Of a DNA stretch of 25,944 bases, positions 1 to 8,595 are shown in pieces; position 1 is the stretch's first letter; every line of letters starts with the position of its first letter. The translations under genes and the position numbers were made by a program. The stretch is from IMG/VR virus record IMGVR_UViG_3300036987_000534, positions 1 to 25,944 of that record; one strand, given 5' to 3'. The notes under the pieces were generated by a model that was given only the letters and a program-made list of their open reading frames with translations, searched no databases and was not told the origin of the DNA. The stretch is from a virus (taxonomy: Duplodnaviria; Caudoviricetes).

Positions 1-128
1 ATGCGCGCGTTGACCGAGCGACACATGTCCTTGTCGGTCATCGAGCCATTCGATCCGACGCGGCAGATTGGTGCGCCGGGCCCCGTGGGTTCGGCACGTT
101 TCAAACGTGAACACTCGCGGTAACGTGT

Positions 129-1439
129 ATGGTGAAATTCAGCGCCGGCCAGGAGGCGGCAATTCGCCTTCTGGAAGGTTCGCAGCGTTATACGTGTCTT
201 GCTGGCGGTACGAGATCCGGTAAGACGTTCCTCATTGTCCGCGCAATCGTCGAGCGCGCGCTCAAAGCCGAAGGATCGCGTCATGCCATCTTGAGGTTCC
301 ATGCCAATGCGGCGCGCGCCTCGATCGCGCTCGACACCCTGCCGCGGGTCATGCAGCTCTGCTTTCCGCAAGCGATCCTCAAGGAGTATCGCCAGGACGC
401 CTATTTCGCGCTTCCGAATGGGTCACGAATTTGGATCGGAGGTCTCGACGACAAGGATCGTGTGGAGAAAATCCTGGGTCTCGAATATGCGAGTATCTTT
501 CTCAACGAGGCGTCACAGATACCATATTCCTCTGCGCTCGTCGCGTTCACTCGTTTGGCCCAGGTCACACCGCCGATCGACCAGAAGGCGTTTGTGGATC
601 TCAATCCTGTCGGCAAGACGCATTGGACCCATGTATTATTTCGAGACAAGAGGGATCCGGTGTCGATGCAGCTCTCGAGGGATCCCGAGAGCTACGAGCT
701 CGCGTTCTTGAACCCGACCGACAATTCCGTGAACCTATCGAAGGAATTTCTGCGTAGCCTCGAAAATCTGCCGGAAAAGCAGCGCAAGCGCTTCTATGAT
801 GGCATCTACGTTGACGACGTCGAGGGTGCGCTCTGGAGCTACGAGGTGATCGACAAAGCACGGTGCGCGCCGGACGACATTCCGGAGGAGCGGCGCGCTT
901 CGGTGGTGGTCGGGCTAGATCCGTCCGGTGCCGCAGGCCGCGACGATCTCGCCGCCGACGAGATCGGGATCATCGTCGCGGCGCGTGGAACCGATGGCGA
1001 CTGCTACATACTCTCCGACCGTTCCTGCCGCGAGTCGCCTGCGGTATGGGGACGCCGAGCGGTTGTCGCGTTTCACGAGTATCGTGCGGATTGTATCGTC
1101 GCTGAAAGCAATTTCGGGGGAGAGATGGTGCGAGCGACGATCGAGGCGGCTGATCGCGACGTGCCGGTACGCCTCGTCACGGCTAGCCGGGGCAAGGCGG
1201 TGAGGGCCGAGCCTATGTCCGTGCGATACGCGCAAGGCCGGGTTCATCATGCAGGCAGGTTCGCCAAGCTCGAAGATCAGCTGTGTGCATTTTCCGCGGC
1301 GGGCTATGTCGGAGCCGGCAGCCCCGACCATGCGGACGCGGCGATCTGGGCCTTGACCTATTTGTTCAGCACGGACGACGGGACCGGCATCATCGAATAT
1401 TACCGCCGCGCGGCTCAGGCGAACGGCAAGACCCGATAG
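129..1439 (+). CDS. terL: Large terminase subunit (ATPase + RNase H-like nuclease)
   Basis: Walker A GGTRSGKT, Walker B-like ASIFLNE, coupling motif DLNP; nuclease motifs VVVGLDPS, ADEIGI, AESNFGG, RGKAVRAEP, SPDHADA; first gene before portal. Confidence 0.93.
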   Translation: MVKFSAGQEAAIRLLEGSQRYTCLAGGTRSGKTFLIVRAIVERALKAEGSRHAILRFHANAARASIALDTLPRVMQLCFPQAILKEYRQDAYFALPNGSRIWIGGLDDKDRVEKILGLEYASIFLNEASQIPYSSALVAFTRLAQVTPPIDQKAFVDLNPVGKTHWTHVLFRDKRDPVSMQLSRDPESYELAFLNPTDNSVNLSKEFLRSLENLPEKQRKRFYDGIYVDDVEGALWSYEVIDKARCAPDDIPEERRASVVVGLDPSGAAGRDDLAADEIGIIVAARGTDGDCYILSDRSCRESPAVWGRRAVVAFHEYRADCIVAESNFGGEMVRATIEAADRDVPVRLVTASRGKAVRAEPMSVRYAQGRVHHAGRFAKLEDQLCAFSAAGYVGAGSPDHADAAIWALTYLFSTDDGTGIIEYYRRAAQANGKTR

Positions 1440-1511
1440 ATTCTGCCATTGCGGAATGGCCGATGCCCGGCTGGATCCGACCACCGATTGTCGAGACACG
1501 AAGGAAACCTC

Positions 1512-2867
1512 ATGGCCGTGCGTGGCGCGGGTCAGCGGAGCTGGTCGCTGAGCCCTTACGAAGTCAATGTCAGCTTCGCCGCGGCGACGAAGGCCGGTGA
1601 AGGCGCGAGTTGGTTTGGACCTTCGTCACCGGTGACGCCTCTCGCGCCACCCGAGATCGCGGGACGGCAATGGGATTTTCCTGCGGGCTACAATCTATCC
1701 ACATTGTCGCGGCCTAACGAGCCCGTCACCTTCACGACTTTGCGTGCGTTGGCCGATGGTTACGACCTCCTTCGGCTCGTGATCGAGACACGCAAAGACC
1801 AGGTTGCACGCCAAGCGTGGACGATCAATACTCGGGACAGCGCCTCGCCATCGACATCTACTCAGGAACGTATCGCGGCCGCGAAGCAATTCCTGGCTCG
1901 ACCCGACGGTGCCCACAACTTCGCAGATTGGCTGAGAATCCTCCTCGAGGAGGTATTTGTGACCGATGCGGCGGCTCTCTACATGAGCCGAGACCGTAGC
2001 GGACGGCTCAGAGCCTTGATGCCACTCGATGGCGCGACGATCAAGCCGATACTAGACGGCTGGGGGCGAACGCCGCAACCTTATGCGGACAACGGAACAA
2101 TCATCTATCCACCCGCCTATCAGCAAATTCTGAAGGGCTATCCAGCGATCGACTACTCGGTACGAGATCTGATCTATCGCCCACGCAACCTCCGTGTCAA
2201 CCGCGCTTATGGCTTCAGTCCTGTCGAGCAAATCGTCACGACAGTCAACATAGCGTTGCGTCGCCAAATGTACTTGCTCGACTATTTTACCGAAGGAAAT
2301 ATTCCTGACAGCCTGATCGGCGTTCCCGAGAACTGGACGCCGGATCAAATCGCTTCATACCAGAAATATTGGGATGCCTATTTCGACGGTGATCAGGGGC
2401 GGCGTCGTAGGGCCAAGTTCGTTCCGGGCGGTGTCGCTAAGACTTTCGTGCAAACCTCCGAGCCTGAGTTGAAAGGGCCTTTCGACGAGTGGCTGGCACG
2501 GATTGTCTGTTTCGCTCTTTCGATTTCTCCGCAAGCTCTGATGCAAACGATGAACCGAGCTACTGCGGAGACGCAGAAGGACCTTTCCGAGGAGGAAGGC
2601 CTAGCGCCAATTCTCGGTTGGGTGAAGGGTCTCGTCGACGATGTTCTCGCCATGGACCTCGATGGCGGCGATCTCGAATTCTGTTGGTGCAACGACAATG
2701 TGAACGATCCTGCCCTGCAAGAAAAAATTCTGTCGAGTTACACGGCGAATGGCATCCTCACCATCAACGAGGCCCGGGCCGCGCTCGGCCGTGAGCCATT
2801 CTCGGAGGACTCGGCAAATCGGCCGATGATACGGTCGGCCGCAGGATACGTCGCACTTCCTGACTGA
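1512..2867 (+). CDS. Phage portal protein
   Basis: AAGGA RBS at 1501-1505 before ATG 1512 (preferred over track start 1449); portal-like motifs YGFSPVEQ, YFTEGNIPD, GILTINEARAALG; position after terminase. Confidence 0.9.
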   Translation: MAVRGAGQRSWSLSPYEVNVSFAAATKAGEGASWFGPSSPVTPLAPPEIAGRQWDFPAGYNLSTLSRPNEPVTFTTLRALADGYDLLRLVIETRKDQVARQAWTINTRDSASPSTSTQERIAAAKQFLARPDGAHNFADWLRILLEEVFVTDAAALYMSRDRSGRLRALMPLDGATIKPILDGWGRTPQPYADNGTIIYPPAYQQILKGYPAIDYSVRDLIYRPRNLRVNRAYGFSPVEQIVTTVNIALRRQMYLLDYFTEGNIPDSLIGVPENWTPDQIASYQKYWDAYFDGDQGRRRRAKFVPGGVAKTFVQTSEPELKGPFDEWLARIVCFALSISPQALMQTMNRATAETQKDLSEEEGLAPILGWVKGLVDDVLAMDLDGGDLEFCWCNDNVNDPALQEKILSSYTANGILTINEARAALGREPFSEDSANRPMIRSAAGYVALPD

Positions 2868-2883
2868 GCCCTGCTGGACGCTG

Positions 2884-2988
2884 CTAGAGCGCTTTCCGAT
2901 CACGTGGAATCGGAAAGCGCTCTACATTCTTGTTTTATCGCATTTTCGTGACGCGAACCGATATCCGGTCGGCTGGAAAATGCTCTAG
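2884..2988. repeat. 105-bp palindromic MITE-like intergenic repeat (Bru-RS / rhizobial RS-type)
   Basis: Terminal inverted repeats CTAGAGCGCTTTCC ... GGAAAATGCTCTAG (12/14 match); perfect 16-bp hairpin 2885-2900 / 2909-2924 with 8-nt loop. Size and CTAGAGC ends resemble alphaproteobacterial short repeats. Confidence 0.75.
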
Positions 2989-3252
2989 GTTCGGTGCCTC
3001 GACCCCGTCCGCCTTGATTGCCGCGTGCGATGATCATTTGCCCGCACAAGTGGTCCGTCCGCCGAATCCACGAGCTTATGCCATCGGGTCCGGACGAGCT
3101 CTGACGGAGACGGTGACCTTGTCTAGGCTCCGTTCGACATCCAACACGAACTCGTGAAGTTATACGTTCATATATCAGTGTGATGCCGATGCGCCTGGCA
3201 TACGCGAAGTAACAAAAGCCGCGAACGGGCGGCATTATAGGTGGAGATACGG

Positions 3253-4359
3253 ATGGGTGCCCTATCCATGTTCATTCCGATCACCAAGGTCGATACGATC
3301 CAGCGCCTCGTCTATGGCGTCGCCACTGCTGAGATCGAGGACCGCGCCGGCGAGATATGCGACTACGCGACGACCAAGCCGCATTATGAGCGGTGGTCGG
3401 ACGAGATTGCCCAATCCACCGGGGGCAAATCTCTCGGCAACCTACGCGCGATGCATGGCCCGGTAGCGGCAGGCAAAGTCACCGCGATTACCTTCAACGA
3501 CGAAGAAAAGCAAATCGAGATTTGTGCAAAGGTGGTCGACGACTCCGAATGGATCAAGGTCAAAGAGGGGGTCTATACCGGCTTCTCGCAAGGCGGCGCC
3601 TACGAGAGGAGATGGGCCGACGCCGCAGGTCTGACGCGTTACACCGCGGTTCCCAGCGAAATTTCTCTCGTTGATCTGCCCTGCCTGCCACAGGCCCACT
3701 TCGAGATGATCAAACTAGACGGTACCAGGGAAATGCGCGGCTTCGAGCCGCATTCAGACATACTTGCGCGACTGGGGGAACTCTCCGAAATCCTCGATTG
3801 GCTTCAAAACCTGTCGAGCGATGACCTCGTTGCGGTACCAGATGTCGCCCGAGTGATCGAAAGGATCCAAAGCTTATCGGAAGACCTTTCAAATGTAGTG
3901 CGTTCGCTCGAATCCGACGAAACAATTACCCGAGGACGAACTGACCGAAATTCCCGGAGGAAGATGGATCCGGTGGGTCGGGCGGGGAAGGCTGTCCGCG
4001 ACGCAATGCTTCACCACGGCGATCGCAATCATCGCGATCCGCCTCGTAGCCCGCGTGAAACGACTGACGACCATCGCGAATACGCATCCACCATGGACTC
4101 GACTCCATGGGGGATCGAAAAACGATTCGACGGTCTTGCGGCTATGCTCGACGACGTTCTCCGACGTGTCAAAAACATCGAGCAACAGCCTTTGCCGCTC
4201 CCGCTAACCGGAATACAGCGCCCAATCGCAAAGCATGAAGATGGCGTACAGGACCTACACCAAACAACGACGATCGATTCGGTGTTGGGAAATCCAGAAG
4301 CGCTGTCCATCCTCGCCATTAGGCTCGCGCAAAGAAACGGACGTGCGTCACTCCTTTAG
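3253..4359 (+). CDS. Prohead protease with C-terminal scaffold-like extension
   Basis: GGAG RBS before ATG 3253; motifs RLVYGVAT, NLRAMH, GVYTGFSQGG, EISLVDLPC typical of caudoviral prohead serine proteases; lies between portal and capsid. Confidence 0.82.
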   Translation: MGALSMFIPITKVDTIQRLVYGVATAEIEDRAGEICDYATTKPHYERWSDEIAQSTGGKSLGNLRAMHGPVAAGKVTAITFNDEEKQIEICAKVVDDSEWIKVKEGVYTGFSQGGAYERRWADAAGLTRYTAVPSEISLVDLPCLPQAHFEMIKLDGTREMRGFEPHSDILARLGELSEILDWLQNLSSDDLVAVPDVARVIERIQSLSEDLSNVVRSLESDETITRGRTDRNSRRKMDPVGRAGKAVRDAMLHHGDRNHRDPPRSPRETTDDHREYASTMDSTPWGIEKRFDGLAAMLDDVLRRVKNIEQQPLPLPLTGIQRPIAKHEDGVQDLHQTTTIDSVLGNPEALSILAIRLAQRNGRASLL

Positions 4360-4534
4360 ACCCTTCGCCCTGCCAAATTCGGGCGACCGATAAACGGAGC
4401 ATATCCGGAGGGAAACGCACGTCACGATCGACCGTGCATCTTGCTACCGTCGCCCCATTGTAATTTCCCTGATGTTCCGCTGCTTCACCGGCATCTCCAA
4501 TTCAGTCGCTCGACGCGGCCACTAGGAGCAAGAA

Positions 4535-6052
4535 ATGACGATTCACACCGATGTTCAGGATATTCTGGACAGGCTCAAGGCCGCGCAGCGACGGCCACTC
4601 GGCGATCCGAGGTTCAAGGATCTCGCCGCACTTGGCAAGTCGACATTTGCGCAGAGTCCGAATGGGGCATCGGGCCTGACTTTCTACGATCTCGAGCTCG
4701 GTGCGAAATTTCTCTACCCTGTACTTACTCCACTTCGTAACATGATTCCACGTGTTTCGGGGAAAGGCGGCATCCAAGCTGCTTGGCGCGCCGTTACGGC
4801 GATCAATACGACGGGTTTGCGGTTCGGCGTTTCATCAGCCAATCGTGGCGGCGTGCTAACCGTCGAAACACAAGACTATACCGCTACGTACAAAGGAATC
4901 GGCGTGGAAACGAGCGTCGATTTCGAGGCCCAATACGCAGGTCAGGAATTTGATGATGTCCGAGCTATCGGTGCTAAGACCGGCCTCGAGGCCTTGATGC
5001 TCGGCGAGGAAGCAATGATCCTCGGAGGCAATTCCTCCGTCGCTCTCGGAACTACACCGACCCCCACGCTCTCCGCATTGACCACCGGCGGCGCACTTAG
5101 TCCCCAAAACTGGTCCGTAATTTGCGCCGCAATGACGCTCGACGGCTTGATGAATGGCAGTCTCGGGGGAGGCATCCAGGGATCCATTACCCGTACAAAC
5201 GCCGATGGAACGAGCGACACCTTTGGTGGCGGTATCGCGAGGCAAAGTGCCACTGCCACGGTTGCAACGAGCGGGGCGACTGGATCGATTACAGCAACCG
5301 TTGCGCCTATGTCAGGTGCTGTAGGCTACGCATGGTTCTGGGGATCGCCTGGCTCGGAAGTTCTTGGCGCGATCACGACGATCAATTCGCTCGTGATCAC
5401 GGCTGCGGCAACCGGCACGCAAACCGCCGGGTCGCTCGGCACGAACGATAATTCCATCAACTCGCTTGCCTTTGACGGCTTGGTCTATCAAGCCGTCAAG
5501 CCCGGCTCGGGTGCCTATGTCTCGACAATGCCGACAGGCACGGGGGGTACCGGAACTCCGCTCTCGCCCGATGGATCGGGCGGAATCCTCGAGATCGAGG
5601 TTGTCTTGAAAGCGATGTGGGATAATTACCGCTTATCGCCAGACACGATGTGGGTAAGCTCACAGGAAGCCACGAATATCTCGCGAAAGGTGTTGCTGGG
5701 GTCACAGAATTCCGCGCAACGGTTCGTGTTTGAAGCGGCTCAAGACATGGTCGGAGGCGGAATCATGGTCCGCACCTATTTGAACCGACACTCGATGCAG
5801 GGCGGGAGCGTCGTCGATATCAAGGTTCATCCGAACATGCCGAGTGGAACAATTTTGTTCACGACTAAGGCGCTACCCTATCCCCTCGCCGGTGTAGGTA
5901 ACGTAATTCAGATCAGGACCAGGCAGGATTATTACCAAATCGAATGGCCGCTCCGCACGCGCAAATACGAATATGGCATCTATGCGGACGAAGTCCTGCA
6001 AAACTACTTTCCGCCCTCGATGGCCATGATCACCAATATCGGCAACGGCTGA
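4535..6052 (+). CDS. Major capsid protein (505 aa, with Thr/Gly/Ala-rich insertion)
   Basis: Strong AGGAG RBS; motifs PVLTPLRNMIPRV, LGEEAMILGGN, AFDGL, IKVHPNMP; position after protease. Confidence 0.82.
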   Translation: MTIHTDVQDILDRLKAAQRRPLGDPRFKDLAALGKSTFAQSPNGASGLTFYDLELGAKFLYPVLTPLRNMIPRVSGKGGIQAAWRAVTAINTTGLRFGVSSANRGGVLTVETQDYTATYKGIGVETSVDFEAQYAGQEFDDVRAIGAKTGLEALMLGEEAMILGGNSSVALGTTPTPTLSALTTGGALSPQNWSVICAAMTLDGLMNGSLGGGIQGSITRTNADGTSDTFGGGIARQSATATVATSGATGSITATVAPMSGAVGYAWFWGSPGSEVLGAITTINSLVITAAATGTQTAGSLGTNDNSINSLAFDGLVYQAVKPGSGAYVSTMPTGTGGTGTPLSPDGSGGILEIEVVLKAMWDNYRLSPDTMWVSSQEATNISRKVLLGSQNSAQRFVFEAAQDMVGGGIMVRTYLNRHSMQGGSVVDIKVHPNMPSGTILFTTKALPYPLAGVGNVIQIRTRQDYYQIEWPLRTRKYEYGIYADEVLQNYFPPSMAMITNIGNG

Positions 6053-6132
6053 TTTCGTTGCTGGGTCGCTCACCTCCTTTCGGCCGCACTACGTGGGTGG
6101 CCACAGGAACTCATCAGTGTCGCGGGAGTGGG

Positions 6133-6441
6133 ATGGTGATGAAGCTTCGCGTTCCTCAGGGCTGCAATAGCATCTCCTACGGGGGCCGTGAACTGGCAAT
6201 CGACACAGATTGCTCGGTCGATGTGGACGAAAGAGCAGCGAGGGTCCTCGCTGCGCATGGATTTTCACGGTTTTCTGGGTCCGAGCCGGAGGAGGCACGC
6301 CATGGGGTCGGATCGGATAACATCGCTACGCTCAATCGGAGTGGCCTGTTTTCTCTCCTTCGGTCCAAAGGCGTGCCAGTGTCACTTCCGATCACCAATG
6401 AAGCATTGCGAACGGCCGCTCGAAAGGCTCTAGAGCGCTAA
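6133..6441 (+). CDS. Small post-capsid protein with HeH/LEM-like C-terminus
   Basis: GGGAG before ATG 6133/6139 (track start 5944 overlaps capsid). C-terminal LNRSGLFSLLRSKGVPVSLPITNEALRTAARKAL resembles a helix-extension-helix. Confidence 0.6.
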   Translation: MVMKLRVPQGCNSISYGGRELAIDTDCSVDVDERAARVLAAHGFSRFSGSEPEEARHGVGSDNIATLNRSGLFSLLRSKGVPVSLPITNEALRTAARKALER

Positions 6442-6612
6442 TCACCGGGAGCTCCAAGTGTCAACGTGACGTTTCACGCCACGATTGATGCAATAATCGA
6501 TTCGGCCGAGCCGTAAATGTGGCATCGTTCGACGCTCGTCATCGACGAGGAGTGCAAAATCCTACGTACTGTGTGGTGCACACGGTTGTAGAGAACAAGG
6601 GAAAGTCACTTC

Positions 6613-7431
6613 ATGAGATCACGCAGCGACCTAGCGCGTCTTTCCGATCTCAAGAGCTGGCTCGGAATATCGAGCGGAGACGATGATTTCCTTCTCGAAA
6701 GACTCATCACGCAAACCAGTCGTGCGATTCTCGGATATCTCAATCGGCCGTCGATTGTTCCAGAGATCTATACAGAGAACTTCGACGGTGGAAATCAAGC
6801 GTCTATTTTACTGAAGCAATGGCCCGTAATCTCGGTGGACTCCTGCAAAATTAACGGTGTATCTGTCCCGATAGTGGCTGGCGACGGAACACAAATGCTG
6901 GGATGTGTAGTCGACGTGGGGGATAGCATTCCGCCTGGACGAATGCAGCGGCTCTCGCTCTTGGGAGGTACTTTCGCAGCCGGGTTCCAGAACGTCTCGA
7001 TTTCCTATTGCGCCGGCTATCAGGTCACGGACGAAAATGGTGTCGTACCGTCTACCGCACCGTTTGATTTGGATGTCATTGCCCCGTTCGGCGATTTTGC
7101 GAGCGACGTGGGAGTAAGGGACGGAAATGGTGCCCGCTTCTCAAAAGTTGTAAGTGATCCCGGTTCGGGGGAATATGCCTGCAGTGACGGCGTATATTCG
7201 TTTTCGAGTGTCGATGCGGGTAGATCGGTGCAGATGTCTTATGGATATGTTCCGGCAGATCTCGGTCGATCCTGTATTGATTGGGTCGCGGATCAATATC
7301 AATATCGAACGCGAATTGGTCAACACACGAAGTCGTTGGGTGGGCAGGAGAGCGTTTCCTACATCGTCAAGGACATGCCCGATGTTACAAAGATCGTGCT
7401 GCAGCCCTATCGTAGGATCGTGACACCATGA
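6613..7431 (+). CDS. Head-tail adaptor/connector (gp6-like) with inserted beta domain
   Basis: N-terminal LARLSDLKSWLGI...DDFLLERLI, central YCAGY, C-terminal VPADL and LQPYRR typical of adaptors; RBS AAGGGG. Confidence 0.8.
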   Translation: MRSRSDLARLSDLKSWLGISSGDDDFLLERLITQTSRAILGYLNRPSIVPEIYTENFDGGNQASILLKQWPVISVDSCKINGVSVPIVAGDGTQMLGCVVDVGDSIPPGRMQRLSLLGGTFAAGFQNVSISYCAGYQVTDENGVVPSTAPFDLDVIAPFGDFASDVGVRDGNGARFSKVVSDPGSGEYACSDGVYSFSSVDAGRSVQMSYGYVPADLGRSCIDWVADQYQYRTRIGQHTKSLGGQESVSYIVKDMPDVTKIVLQPYRRIVTP

Positions 7432-7856
7432 CTGCGTTGCAAGAGAATTTAAACGAGTTGCTTTCGGAGCGAATTTCGAAAGTGCGAGACGCATTTGTGG
7501 CCGAACTCGAAGATCAAGGGACAAAGAATGGTTTGCAAGGACAGCTCGCCGATATAACCGATAAAACTGGGACGGTAGCGTTCAGGGTCAATGACTTTTC
7601 AGCTGCCACGAGGGATGTGGAATATCGCAAGCAGTCGGGTCTCGGTGCAAAAAAGGCCGCACGCGACATAGCAAGCACTAAGAGCCGGACCATGAGTGCG
7701 CTGGCGGACGGTAAGCGTATCAATCGGATTTTCGGAAGAGGCAGTGAGGGCGACATGATCTCCGGTGCGGTAAGCCAGCCGACAATAAGGTTTGGTAGCG
7801 CGAGTGTAGGAGTCGATCTCAAGAAGGTAATCTCTAGTGTTCTCGGCGATATGTGA
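7428..7856 (+). CDS. Neck/tail-completion-position hypothetical protein (possibly diverged HK97 gp10-like)
   Basis: ATGA overlap with adaptor stop; 142 aa; assignment by synteny only. Confidence 0.5.
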   Translation: MTALQENLNELLSERISKVRDAFVAELEDQGTKNGLQGQLADITDKTGTVAFRVNDFSAATRDVEYRKQSGLGAKKAARDIASTKSRTMSALADGKRINRIFGRGSEGDMISGAVSQPTIRFGSASVGVDLKKVISSVLGDM

Positions 7857-7938
7857 TTCGATCGATTATTGTGGATCGTAGGTAGTTGGGGTGTGGGACG
7901 TTATATATTGCATACTCGCCTGAGCCATCGGAGGATCA

Positions 7939-8385
7939 ATGTCCGCTTCGTCACGAGAGAATGCGATCGCGGCTCTCATGTCGCTCCTTGCGGCAGCTTA
8001 TGCATGGAAATCGGGGCCTGCTCGGCGACTCAAGTTATGGAACGATGTTTCAACGTCCGCACGGCCGGCATGCTTCCTGTTCGAAGGTGGCGAGGACGTA
8101 TATTCGTGGACCGAAACCGCTCGAGTAAAGCGGATCATAGAAGTAAGACTATTCATCTATTTGAGCGCAAAGGACGGCAGTGTAGTAGGTGCTGCTCTGC
8201 TCAACGAGGTGATGGACGCCCTGGATGCAGCCTTAGTCCCTAAAGGAGCGGATGAGCTCGTTGGGCGCAACACACTGGGAGGTGCTGTACACCATTGCCT
8301 CATCGAGGGAAAAGTTCTCAAGGATCCAGGTGACCTCGATGGGGATGCGTTGCTCGTCGTGCCTGTAAAGATCGTTCTATCCTAA
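7939..8385 (+). CDS. Probable tail terminator protein
   Basis: GGAGG RBS; 148 aa; RENAIAALMSLL, RPACFLFEG, TLGGAVHHC motifs; directly upstream of tail tube gene. Confidence 0.7.
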   Translation: MSASSRENAIAALMSLLAAAYAWKSGPARRLKLWNDVSTSARPACFLFEGGEDVYSWTETARVKRIIEVRLFIYLSAKDGSVVGAALLNEVMDALDAALVPKGADELVGRNTLGGAVHHCLIEGKVLKDPGDLDGDALLVVPVKIVLS

Positions 8386-8595
8386 AGTCGGATTTGAGTG
8401 GTGCTATGTTGGTGGTCGACGGAACCGCAGGGTTTCGCGGAGGAGCGGACGCATGGCAACATGTGGATATTGTGTGGGCGGATGATTGCTGGCTTCGTCG
8501 CGTTTGTGTCCGGGCCATTTGGGTTTGATGGCATGGGGAGAGTCTTGCTGCCCAACGTTCAGAATTCATGCCGGCTGTTATAGGAGAAAAAATGT

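Noticed and set aside
1-123. 40-codon ORF (MRALTERH..EHSR*) ending just before terL; possible small terminase end
   Set aside because: Too short, no recognisable motif, and upstream context lies outside the window.
2930-3157. 75-aa ORF in the portal-protease gap
   Set aside because: TTG start inside the repeat element, no RBS, no motif.
5944-6132. -1 frame open from the capsid 3' end into the next gene (possible T7 10A/10B-like capsid extension)
   Set aside because: No convincing slippery heptamer (only CAAAAC), the intervening translation looks non-coding, and the downstream gene has its own RBS.
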